DNA of 64,000 nt from the human T2T-CHM13v2.0 reference genome, Homo sapiens, in NCBI RefSeq assembly GCF_009914755.1, contig NC_060928.1; one strand, 5' to 3'. A program made the position numbers and the translations under genes. Below the pieces are notes generated by a model. The model was not told where the DNA came from. It did no database searches and saw only the letters and a program-made list of their open reading frames with translations. Positions 1-13,373 of this stretch are shown piece after piece (the stretch's first letter is position 1; each line of letters opens with the position of its first letter).

Positions 1-19
1 ATGTATTCAATTAGAGTTA

Positions 20-374
20 CATGAGGTTGTTTTGTGGAGTCTCCAGGAATATTGTTAAACCGTGTTAATCTCTTTGATAGCTGCCTGTTTTTTCTCTTCT
101 GTGCTTTATGTTTTCTGCTGACTGGAACTTAGACTCAATAGCTGAAATCTCAGCCGATTTCATGAACTGAGAAGTGACCTTGAGTTGAAAGCTTTACATA
201 AGGGTTATAGAGGAAAGTAACTAGTGGGTCCCTGAAGAAATTGATGCCACCATACAAGCTGTGGACTGCCTAAAAATAAATTTTCTTTGCAATGAAAGAA
301 AATTAAATGTTACTGTTATCACTATTATTTCAGGTTTTCCGTTTCATGCAGCCAAATCTAATCATAAATGATAT
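20..374 (+). mobile_element. Old MaLR LTR (MLT1J/K/L-like), 3' part
   Basis: MLT1-type 3' end 'gcagccaaatctaatcataaatgatata' and internal 'ccatacaagctgtggactgcct' motif; degraded, boundaries approximate. Confidence 0.55.
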
Positions 375-459
375 AACCCTCAATCATAATTAATATTCTT
401 TGTACTTCTTACTATCTAAAATCACATATTTTATTTTTACATATGCATTGTGAACCCCT

Positions 460-595
460 CCCCAGTGGATTATAAGTGATATGAGGGAAGAGTTATGGTT
501 TGTCTTGTTTGTCATTCTATCTTTAACACCTAGAACTGTGTCTAGCATAAACTGAGTGGCAAGTAAATATCCTTTGGATAACTGAATGAATGGAT
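460..595 (+). mobile_element. L2 3' end fragment
   Basis: 'cacctagaactgtgtctagcata...taaatatc...tgaatgaatg' matches the L2 3' terminus. Confidence 0.65.
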
Positions 596-857
596 AAAGT
601 GGGCAGGGGGTATAGAAGAGTTGAAGATATTAAATACTTGTTTCTGGCTTTGGAGGCTACCCAGATGACATAAACATTTTTCAAAACGAAAACAAAACAA
701 AACAAAACAACTGTGGGTCTGAGGATAGAATGAGTTCCATTTTTATCACCTTGCACCTGAGGTATATATTTTACGGCCAGGATGAATCATACAGTTAGAA
801 AGTTAGGTACACGGACTTGAGCTCAAAAGACCGTTCTGTGCTTGGAAATAACTGCAT

Positions 858-974
858 TGTTAAGCACAAGAATACAGATGATATTATAATTTAAAGTTCA
901 GGGAAGTCATGAGGTTGTAATGTTAAGCATAAGAATGCAGATGATATTATAATTTAGAGTTCAGGGAAGTCATG
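858..974. repeat. Local tandem duplication, 63-bp period
   Basis: 858-911 and 921-974 are 54-bp copies with 3 mismatches. Confidence 0.9.
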
Positions 975-2028
975 GACAGAGCAAAGCATTGAGAGCAGAG
1001 CTACAGAAACAAACAGTATGTTCAATAGAAGAGGTGTTAGAAAGGTAGGAAAATAAAGGCAGACACACCTTGCCAGTGGAGCAGGTGAGAGAAGAAAGGA
1101 TGACAGAGTCAAATACTAGACTAGTAATAAGATAATAATATCCAACTAGAAGATATTTGTAAATATTGGGGAAACAGTAGCCTTTGTGAAGTGAAAAGAG
1201 GAAATTACATGGAAACAAAAATTGAGATATTGAACGAGCACCCCTTCATTAAACTGTATCAGGAAAGCGATGAGAGAAATATAGCAATATTGAGAGAGGA
1301 CCATGGGACTAAGGAGGAGATGTTTGTTTATTTTAAATAAGAAACACTTGATATATCTTTATCTAGTGAAAAACCAGCATCAATAAAAACAAAGATATAA
1401 AAAAAACACAGGAAGAACTGGAAATTGTTTATGGAGTAAAATCTGTCCAGACCAAGAAAAGTAGATCTTTGGAGTATTTTGTACTAAAGATATGATATAA
1501 CGTAAAAATGTCAAGGAATGCCATTTATTATAACTTTAACACATATAAAAATATTTGAAAGGCATGATGTCTTCGTGCATCTTTTCTTCCTCCCCCCAAA
1601 AATTAGCCTTCCTTTGAAAAACATGAGAGGTACTATTATATAAATATTTGGGGTCATACATTTGTTCTTACACCCAAGGAAGGTGCTTTATTTTTTCTAC
1701 AGATATCAAAATTTAAAATGAAATGAAAAGGCAAGAGGCTAGAAATATGTGAACTTCAATTAGGATTTAATTAATAAAGACTGTATGATATAATGTGCCA
1801 GAATATTAATTGAATCGTGAATGGTATTGATTGCTTTTCTGGGTGTTTTAAGGCTTCTATTAAGAAGGTCAATCTGCATGTCCTTACACATCAATTCAGA
1901 CTATAAGAGATGAGATTTTGACTGGGTTGATTTTTAATCTAACTCTGTCATATCATGGGAACTTAGGTAGAACTTAGTATATTGACTAGATGATTCAGAA
2001 AATAAACTCTAAAACAAATCATTAGAAA

Positions 2029-2092
2029 TTCAGAAGATGAAAGAAAGTGACGAGATAATTTTCAGAAGATGAACGAAAGTGATGAGATAATT
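2029..2092. repeat. 32-bp tandem duplication
   Basis: ttcagaagatgaa(a/c)gaaagtga(c/t)gagataatt twice, 2 mismatches. Confidence 0.9.
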
Positions 2093-2311
2093 TTTTAAAA
2101 AGTTCCAATTTCAAATTATTGTAGGTAAGCAATACAAATCCAGTTACTAAAAAAATTAAAGATGAACATTTAAAGACCATTTCTGATTTTGTAAATGAAT
2201 ATATTGATCTATGTCACCGCAAATATTTCCTCTAGTCCTATTGTCCTGTCATAATTTTAGCAAAAAAGATAGTTCTCCAAAAGATGTTTTTTTTTTTTTT
2301 TTCCTTTTCGA

Positions 2312-2818
2312 TGTTGCAAAGCCAATACCTGAAGTTGAAAGTGAGTGTCAATCAGTGCAGGCTTTATTTGATGGCCATAGAATTGAGAAGCAGGAGTACA
2401 GCTCATAAATCATCTTCTCAACAAATGAAAGGTAGGGGGATTAGAATACAGGATTTCTCCAATAAAGGGGTTGGATATTAAAAGTGATGGAAGGAATATT
2501 CATGTCCTTTCCAGAAATGGAAAAATGGGAAGTGAATTGGTAGTGCTCCCTTCCTCTTTGTCCTTTCTGGCTCATTGTAATGTCATTGTAATGTCAATTG
2601 TCAACTGTCATGTCACTGGTGGGAGTAAAATTTAACGTGATAATGAGGTTATAATGAAGTCAGAAGTCTATTTGAAGTCATTTGGTCACTTATCTTGGTT
2701 CTAATCACTCTCACCTGGTCTGATTACAAAGGGAGCTCTTTATTACAGGCATCCTGTTTCTTAAGGAAAAGCAGAGTTAGGACAGAGTAGAAATTCAGCT
2801 ATGTTATGTGTTACATCA
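2312..2818 (-). mobile_element. Probable ERV1-class solo LTR
   Basis: About 500 bp bounded by TG...CA, with a minus-strand AATAAA near the U5 end ('ctttatt' ~2362); family not resolved. Confidence 0.5.
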
Positions 2819-3269
2819 GGTAACACAGGTAACAATAAATGCCAAATTTCTCTCCAATTTATTCTTTTTTGGCGTTCTATCACTGTTGCTACTGTGGTAT
2901 TACTTTATTTCTTTGATTTATCTGAAAAAAATTTATTTGTTCTTGCCTAGTTGGCTACATTTTTATATTGTGGTGATTGTGTATGACAGCATAATTATTT
3001 AATTTGCTTTTTTCATGAAAATTTTCACTAGAAATAACTTGGTTTTTATTTATTACACTGTGAAATCATCTTTGATTCAAATTCACAGGATTGATGCTTA
3101 ATAGGAAATATCTTTCACCTTCCATTTCCTGGGTTTATTTATACAAAATCAGTATTTTATATCTAACAATTTGATAAATGTAGCACTGGATGACACAGTA
3201 GTTGTTTTATATAATATATAGGAAAAATATTGCTAATAGAGATATCCTCACTCTGGTAGCAAAGTGTTT

Positions 3270-3500
3270 CCATTGGAAGACTACTTTTGAGTCACAAAGA
3301 CATGAGTTTAAACACTTACTTGTCCACTTGCTGTTCTGTGATCTGGGGCATTATGTTTAAAGCTCTAAGCCTGGTTAATGGAATCTGAAAGATGAAGATA
3401 ATGCTATCTAACATGAAATTGTTGTGAGGATTAAATAATGGATGTCAACAACACAGTTACTTTGTGCCCAGACCACGATAAGTGCTTAGTTAGGTAGGAG
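3270..3500 (+). mobile_element. MIR
   Basis: MIR core 'gttgtgaggattaaataa' and 3' 'taagtgcttagt'. Confidence 0.65.
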
Positions 3501-3514
3501 CTATGCTAAGATGA

Positions 3515-3875
<361 letters not shown>

Positions 3876-4420
3876 TCAGACATCATAGACACATGTAGGG
3901 TGCCTATGTGTGTTTATGTTTCTGTGTTTGTATGGGTAAATGAAAAACTTGGTTTTGGAGTAATACAAATTGCACAATCACACACACATATAATAGATAC
4001 ACATATATTTAATATATAAATAGTTATACACATATATGATATGTATATACATCAAATGTGGAAGCATTAATTTTATTACCAACAAGTTACTATGTATTCT
4101 GACCAACAGTTAACTATGCATTTTTATTTGTAAATCAGGTGAAATTTTTTCTTTTTGCTTATCTATATTATACAAATTTTCTAAATGACTGAATTACTTG
4201 TATAAAAATTTACAAGTGCTAGCTCTATTTGCATGAAAGTCAAACTAATGTAGCTATTTTGCTTAAAACAAACATGATAAATAAGTGTATTCAAATAAAT
4301 AACACAGGTACAATGATGAGAACAACAATTTCAGGTGTGAAAAATGAAAAGCATGGAAGTGACTACAGTTGTTCAACAATATCTGGGTGTTTTCTTTCCT
4401 CTGGAGCCAAAACTAAATGA

Positions 4421-4750
<330 letters not shown>

Positions 4751-5639
4751 TGATATTTTCCAGCTTTTCTTACTGAGAGTCGAACCATTTATCTTAGATC
4801 TGACCCACAGGATGTGAATGGAAGTGGTGTGTGGTATTGATAGGCACGAAAAATAAAAATATCCTATGAAATCTGTTCATATTTTACATCCCCACTTTTC
4901 AGTTGACTTGTGAGGATAAGCTAAAAGTTGAAAGAAATCTGGACCCCTGAATGTAAGTGCTGAGTAAAAGCTTGTGCCTCGGCTTTGCTTATACCATAAA
5001 TATATGGCCAACTACTATATTATTCAAGAGTTAGAGTGAAATAAATATATCTTTAGGCAAATATGAAATTATGTAACACCTCATTATACTTTTGCTGTGG
5101 CTCAAAATGCTATATACATGTTATAAAAGGAACTAAATTGAAAACAAATCACAACAGTGAGAGACAAATAGCAAGAAACAACGACAACGAAATTGGTAAA
5201 TGGATATGTAGATATGAGCATGCCTTATGATATATAGTCTCATTAAAATATCATTTTTAGAGTTTAGAGTCTATAGAACAAGATAAAATTGTTTTGACGT
5301 TTAAATAAAGGATTTTAAACAAACTGAAAAATCATATTGATTGATCATTGATCACAAATCATTAGGAGATAATAGATTAAACATTGCTACATATTATGTA
5401 TCAATAACCACCTACTCTATGTAAAATCTTGAAAATAAATCATATAAATTATTACTTTTAGAACTTATCTACGGAATATCTATTGTGACTAAAATTTTGT
5501 TCTAGTTACTGGTGAGTCTATAATTTTATGTTCAATAATAGCTAAGTCATTTAGATTTTTAAATATCCTCTATATCTATAGATTGTGAAGAGTTGTTCAA
5601 TATGACACATGGAGGAAAACAAAAATCCATTTACATTCA

Positions 5640-6395
5640 TTGCAGCCTCAAAAGTGCTCCACATTGATCCCTGCCTTCATGTCTTCATGCGCTCTGTATT
5701 TTCTGACACACTGATTCAGGGTTGGTCTCTGTGACCACAGAAAATGGCACTTCTCTCCATCTCTGTTTCTGTTTTAGTCTCTGTCTCTCTGTCTCTCTTT
5801 CTCTTCTCTCTCTCACTATTCATTCTAGGGAAAGCCAGCTGCCACACTGTCAGAACCCTAAAGCAATCCTAGAGAGAGGCCCACGTGGTGAGGAAAGTCA
5901 ATGTTAATGAGCTATCTTGGAAACAGATCATCACCTTAAGTCCAGCCTTGCATCCCTGGCTAATATCTTACAATATTTTCGCTTCAATCTTATGAGAAAC
6001 CACGATCCAGAAACACTTAGCCAAGTGACTCCTGACCCAGAGAAGCTGCAAGATAAAAAATGTGTTTTTAATTGTATGTATATTTGTAGTATTAATGTTA
6101 TATTTTGCTATACATACGCAGTAAATGATAACTTCAGTAAACTAAATTAACATATCCATTTCCACACATTGTTACCTTTTTTGTATGTAGTAAGGGCACC
6201 TGAAATCAACTCCCTTGGAAAATTTTCAGTATAAAGTACAATATTATTAATAGCCATAGTCATCATGCTGTAGATTCAATCTTGATTTAATTCATCCTCT
6301 ATAGCTGCAACTTTGTACTTCTCGACTAAAAAATTAACTGTTGTTTTAATTGCTAACTATGGGAGTAATTCGATACACTGCAATGAGTAAATGAT
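5640..6395 (+). mobile_element. MLT1F-like MaLR LTR interrupted by an L1 fragment
   Basis: 'ggaaagccagctgccac...gagaggcccacgtggtgaggaa' MLT1F motifs; the 3' end resumes at ~6335. Confidence 0.7.
6065..6330 (-). mobile_element. L1MA-like 3' UTR fragment
   Basis: 'ttaacatatccat...atagtcatcatgctgtaga...ctgcaactttgtac' is typical of antisense L1MA 3' ends. Confidence 0.7.
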
Positions 6396-8219
6396 TTTTA
6401 GCCTTCTGATATCTTGCTCTGATACCAAAACCAAATAGAGGAACTTTTGGCAGCAGTCCGTAAATATGAGCATTTTTACCATGTCAAATCTTGATATTTT
6501 GAAAGTTTGAGGAATAAATAGTCAATCACAATGTTTCTTTTAGTATCTATTTGTTCATTTTAGTATTTAATAGAAAGTGGCAATGGAGCAATCTCTTTCA
6601 AATGTTCTTCAGTAGTGCTCAGAGTGTCAATTATATTTTCAAAAATTTTAATAATTACACATGGTTAGTACTTACTAAGACCTCGTAGGAAAGGTAAATG
6701 CTAACTTATTCACCTGGCAATAAAGGAGTTCAAGGTAATGTTAAGTGGCCTGTCATAGATGTTACTCATAAATATAGTCTAGAATATAGTATAGAATTAT
6801 GGTCTTGTTCCTCATCTTATTTTCATGAGTGAAGGATATATATAGCCAAACAACACAGAATCATCATTATTATTATCTTAATAATACTCAACTTATTCCA
6901 CAGCTTGTTGAGGCAACTTACTAGAAACACAGTAAAATTATATAAAACAATGAATTCTAAAAAAAAGATGCAAAAACATAATATACATATGAAGGTTAAC
7001 TGATATATGTGAGTTCTGAAAATTTTAGCAGTCAAGAAGTAAAAATATGATTAGTTACATGCTTTGTTATCCTCTCTATAACAATCCCAATGATGTCCTC
7101 AAATTAATTGCCATGTACAGCTTCACAGGTAATATTCCTACACAATATGCTTAAGAGGAAGTGTAAGGAAAATGAAGCATGAGTTTAATGAAGCTGTTTC
7201 TTGTAGCTTTTCTTGATTAAGCCTGCAACAACACACGAAATGAAAGTGATTCTTTAAGGTCAAGTTCACAAACATACTGTTCCAAATAAATGGATTTCTC
7301 AGCATCAGCTGGAGTCATTGATGATTCTCTAGCTTTCCGAGATTTACTGTACAGGTTTCAAATGATCCTCAATTAGTATCATTTTTTTTTATCCACGTTC
7401 TGAATAACAGCTGAAAACAAAGTTTGAGTTGATAACATACACTTTGTTTTTTAAGAGCTATCAATGCTGTCACTGTCTGCTTAGGACATGAGACCCTTTA
7501 CCGTACAGAATTTAATAAGGTGAGGGAGGAGGAGGCTTTACCTGAATTCCTTTTTAGACATTTAATCTTTTTGAATTAAGCATTTGATTTTAGGGGCCAT
7601 AGACAATCTGTACAGATTTAACTCTGTCGATCACAAGATTGTTAAGATGCCATTGAAAGGTGATTTTTGTATGTTGGGGGAGGGTCAGATTAAGAACATT
7701 ACATTTGGAGGATATACATTACATCCATTTCACCATCTAGAGGAGGAGTATGTCAGTAGATATCTATAAGTGAGAAACATTTCTTAACTATCCATGTGTT
7801 AATTAGGACTATAAAGATAACTAACAACAGAAGAATCAGTCAAACTGGTTGAAATTCAGTACCTTTTGAGGGAGGGAATTAGGGTAGAAATGGGTAAGTC
7901 AGAAGACTTTTGTGTGTGTTTGTTTTATTGTTACTTTGTATATTCATTGGGATATACAGTGTTATTTGACATTATATAATATGCAGACATTATTTTAATA
8001 CTAAATAATATTACTTTAGGCTGTGATTAGTCTCTAATAAATAATAGGAAGTTAATAAATGTTGGTTCTTTTTTGTGAAAGCTCCAACTTCAATGTCCAA
8101 AAAGCTATACGGTTTTTAGAAGTAAAACCTGTGGTCTAGTACTCATATATCTGAGTTATTTTTTTCCTCCTGGTTGTTTCTCCATCTTTCAATTTCTAGG
8201 AATGGGTGATATCAAATGA

Positions 8220-8630
<411 letters not shown>

Positions 8631-9300
8631 TAGATTTTTCAGGAAAGGTTGCTGGCAAGCTTTTTCAACAGGATTTTGGGAAGGTATTCTGTGTTGAAGC
8701 AAAAGGTATAGGATGTAAACAGAGAGAATAACTGCCAGAGGCCACTGAGGCAGGGTCAATATGATGTGTGTGGTCAACAGCAAGCAGATTTTTATGATTT
8801 AAATGTAGGAAATATTTTCAACAAGTAACATAAAATTATGTCTTTAAACATGAAAGAAATAGGATTTGATAAGTATGTTTACTTTGTACTTGCTGGGGAA
8901 TTTAATAAGCCTCTGTATGTCTCTGAGAAAGAAGTTAAATTAGAATTTGTTGATTGATTGTAATAGAAATATGCAAGATAGTTTGAAAGGAAGAGAGAGG
9001 CATGATAACTTCTTTTGCTCTAAACTTTTTCCTGTTACACAAACTAACTATATCTCTTAGTTCTGTGTTGCCTCTTTTTCCACTTCATTTATTAAAGAAA
9101 ACATTTCATCTCTGTGTAAGAGATAGTATCCGCTACACTCTTTCATATGAAATTCTGTGCATATATTTATCTAAATACTAATTGTCTAACACTGATTTGA
9201 ATTTGTTAGAGAGGTTAAGGGTAGTGATGAATCACTAAGTTCTGGAGAATACAAGTTTAATTTTTACTTCACGTGTCTCAAACCTTAAGATGACTAATTA

Positions 9301-9430
9301 GGCAGGGGTGTGATGGCTCATGTCTGTAATCCAGCACTTTGGGAGGCTGGGGTGGGAGGATTACTTGAGGTCAGGAGTTTGTGATCAGCCTGGGCAACAT
9401 AGGGAAGACCCCCCACCCCAATCTTGAAAG
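9301..9430 (+). mobile_element. FLAM / AluJ left monomer
   Basis: Single Alu left arm 'ggctcatgtctgtaatccagcactttgggaggc...cagcctgggcaacatag'. Confidence 0.85.
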
Positions 9431-10319
9431 AACATGAATTAGATAAAATTAGAGAAATTTAGTTATTCTGTCACTGAAACATTTCAGCAGTTCCAGAACA
9501 ATATTATATAAATATGCATGTCTATTTGTTTATAACCCCTGACTCTAGAAAGGATTAATCAGTTTATAAAAATTCACAGAATAAAATGATAAAATGTAAG
9601 TAGATAAAAATTGCCACCAAATATACAGGTCAGGAGAGAGGAAATACTTAAAAGGCAGAGAGATATTCAGACCAATCTCCTACTAAGTTATTAAAGTTGA
9701 GCTTTATATATGGTTTGAGTTTCCAGGAGCACAAAATTGAATGGAGATTACAGTCATTAATGATTTGCAATATTTTAAGTTAGTAGACATTTTGATTTCT
9801 TTTAAGAAAACACTTTTTTTTTTTGTCCTGGAACTTAAGTCTGAAAACTTTTCTCATAATGGTGTTCATACAGAAAACAAAACACAAGGAAAATAATAAG
9901 AATAAAAATAATTAAAATTAATTGGTTTTTACTATGTACAAAACATCATGCTAAGCATGTAATGTATATCACCTATTAAATTATGTATTTTTATATGTTT
10001 TATAAATGAGTACTAAAAGAACAAATTTTTCAGTAGTTTACCCTTTGTCACATAGCTAAAAGTAGCGGAGAAGTGATTTAGTTTTTTCTCATAATAACAT
10101 ACTCAATTGCATCCCTATAAATAGTAAAATATTGCATTTTATAGCTCATCTAGGATTTTCCAATGGAACTGGCATATGGAATGTAAAACAAAACTCATGA
10201 TGTATAATCTAAGAATGGCTGAAATAAAACTTCTGACTAGTAGTTTTAAAGTTAAAAAGCACTTCATCAATTAAGCAATTTATAATACCCAGTAAATATA
10301 CAATGAAATTCAATTGCTT

Positions 10320-10745
10320 TTATTTTTTACTTTTTTTAGAAATGATGCCTCAGTCTGTGTCCCAGACTAGAGTGCAGTGGCATGATTATAGCTTCCTGCA
10401 GCCTCGAACTCTTGAGCTCAATCAATCCTCCTGCTTCAGTCTCTGGAATAGCTAGAACTACAGGCCCAAGCCATCTCACCCAGTTAATTTTTTTTTTTTT
10501 TTTTGAGATGGGGTCTCACTGTGCCAACCAGGCTGGAGTGCAGTGGCGCTATCTCAGGTCACTGCAGCCTCTGCCTCCTGGCTCAAGCGATCCTCCCACC
10601 TCAGCCTCCTGAATACTGTCACCCAGCTAATTATTTTTTTATTTTTTTGTTATTATTTTGTTTTTTTAGAAATCGGAGTTTTGCTATGTTGCTCATGCTG
10701 GTTTCAAACACCTGGCTTCAAGCAATCAGCTCACCTCAGCCTCCA
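10320..10745 (-). mobile_element. Compound AluJ (right arm + right arm + partial left arm)
   Basis: Two successive right-arm sequences (10320-10490, 10490-10635) followed by a partial left arm; J-type 'gctcaagcgatcctcc'. Confidence 0.85.
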
Positions 10746-12184
10746 CTCAATACATTTTTTTTAACAGCATTAATGACATCTTGTAAATGCCTTACTCTGA
10801 GTTTTTACATATCTGATTGTAATTGTTTTTTAATGATCTGTTTTCTGTTCTTTGGAAATTCCTTAAAGTCTGAGACTCTCTTGCTCTTCTTCAGAATATC
10901 ACATCCGCCTGATAAGTCTACATTACTTATACAAAGTGGTAAATATGTGAATACATGAATTTTAAAATATCTTTATTAAACCTTATACTGGTAGAATAGG
11001 TAGAATATGTATTTTAAGGAATGTTCTTCATTATAAATAATAACCTCAAAACTGACAGTTGAATGTTTGATGTAGAAAAGTAATCACAAAAAGAAGTCAC
11101 CGATAAGTCTGTATTCACATGAACCTTCCAATTATGTAAGGACAGGAACACCTATGAAAACTGAAGAGAGAGGCGTAGATGGCCAAGTCAAATATTAACA
11201 TTCTAAAATGTCTTTAACAACAAAAACATGTATGTAAAATTTGAAGCAGCAAACCATTATTTAGATCATAAATTTAGCAAAGAAAAAACGTGGAGAATTG
11301 TGCTTTAATTAAGCAACCAAAATGGTTAGATCCCTGAAAATTAGGTGATATGACCTTCTTTAAAAAGTATGGCACTGCCTTCTCAATGTTTCCGTTTATT
11401 TTTCAAATACATGTTAATTAATCAAATGAATGACCAAATTATGCAATCTCTTGAAATAAACCCAGAACAGATGCATCACACCCTGAAGTGCAACAGAAAG
11501 CCAAGGATAAGTCATTACAGATAACAAGTGAAGTTTTTTAGAGTAATTGAAAAAAATACAAATAATTATATCTCAAGTTTAAATTTTAGTCTTGCTTGCC
11601 TGGATTATATGGAATAAAATATAAAGTATACATATTAAACAAGATGGGCTGATTTTAGATGAGCCTTAATTAAATGCATGCTTTATTTTGTAGTCTTTCA
11701 TATTCTTTACTGGGCTTGGAATGCTTATATTTTTGCTGTCAAGTAACTGACTATCAGTCTACCAGAAGTTTAGATCACTGCATTAAGACTGACATCTAGT
11801 TACTACTTTAACTATCCTACTATATCAGCTAAAGTGTCAATAGATGTTTGAATATACAGAATCATGGGCTTAATTTATATGGGATCAGCTAATAATATTT
11901 CATTTACAGATTCTAAGGAAACATTTTAAACCCTCATTAGGCAAGATGGAAATAAAATGTAAGTACCAAAATATAACAACAATAATAACATATAAGCACT
12001 GTACTCACATGCATTGATGTTGGTAGATTTTAGTAGCATTATCTCTTTTTAAATTTAATCTCTTCCTTCCTTCCTTTTTCAGAGGTTCAGTTGCTTCTAG
12101 AACATTATTCTTAAACATCCACCTAGAAGTTGTCTCTCCTAATCATATGTCCATTCTGGCATCTTGGAGAACACTTCTCGGTAA

Positions 12185-12375
12185 TACAGAGTACTGATTA
12201 AGTCTTAATTTCAGAGCCAAACATTTGAGGTTGAACTCTGGGTCTTCTTGCTAGTTATTGACAGGGTTTTTGTCTTCTCTGTATTTCAGTTTTCTTATCT
12301 GTAAAATAAGGAGTAAGAGCACTGAGAGCACGATTTTTTATAAAGATTAAAATAATATATGAAAAACATTCAAAT
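12185..12375 (+). mobile_element. MIR
   Basis: 'tcagttttcttatctgtaaaataagga' MIR core. Confidence 0.6.
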
Positions 12376-13171
12376 TTATTTATTAAAAAAAGTCCCTATG
12401 CCTTGTTATTTTTAAAACATATCCATGGATTCTTTATGGTTCTGGTTACTACTTGAAAGACAGGTCTTAACTCCTGAAACAGGTCACTTTCCCTCTGCAT
12501 AAGCACTAACAAAAACATAATATGCGAACCATGTTCTCCTATCCATTTATCATTCTGCTTTTAAGTCTTCTTAAGACATGACTATCCAGCTAAAATGCTT
12601 TAAGGAAGAAACTGAGGAAGGTAAACAAGGGATCATATTAGGAAAATGGAGAGAACATGGCCAAATAAATATTTCCAGGCTTCTAACAGCATCAACAACA
12701 AAAACAACAAACAAAAATGAACCATAAAAAGTAAATCCTTCAAAAGGAGATCCATTCATAGGTATATCCTAGTTTTTAAACTCACTCTGCCATCTCAGGT
12801 CCCTTCTGCTCTCTTTATAGGGATGTCTTTTCAACTCTTTCAGCCACGTCTTGGAAAATTCTACCCCTTTCTCAAATGCCTGCTTCCCACTCATTAGGTG
12901 CAAATATTTCATACCTCTGAGTCATTCAGTAAAATGTAGAGAACTCTGAATGTTAGCAGAAATATAATTGTTACCATTGAATTGTGGGTTCCAATTTGTG
13001 AAGAATTCTGTAGGTCAGAAATGAGAGCATGAGGTAAGGACTGAAGGGTAGAATGGCATTGCAAATTACAAAGATTTTACTGATATCATCACTAATATGA
13101 ATTGCAAGCACATTCTTTTCTAAAGTATTGTGGACATATCATCAAATGTCTACCAGAAACACTCAGACAAC

Positions 13172-13172
<1 letters not shown>

Positions 13173-13255
<83 letters not shown>
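13173..13255. repeat. Tetranucleotide STR (TAGA)11 TGA (TAGA)9
   Basis: Counted directly from the sequence. Confidence 0.95.
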
Positions 13256-13256
<1 letters not shown>

Positions 13257-13302
13257 CACATAGTTCACATATATATTAAATAAAAATAATAAAATATTAT
13301 AG

Positions 13303-13320
13303 TATATATACACACACAAA

Positions 13321-13373
<53 letters not shown>
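13303..13373. repeat. Compound (CA)n(TA)n microsatellite
   Basis: Read directly. Confidence 0.95.

Noticed and set aside
858-2092. Direct repeats considered as a CRISPR-like array
   Set aside because: Only two copies each, no unique spacers, eukaryotic context, no cas genes
10382-10958. ORFs of 73-151 aa, and similar ones at 4457, 8355, 16580, 55276, 59617 and 61914
   Set aside because: Standard Alu-derived translations (e.g. [11 protein letters not shown])
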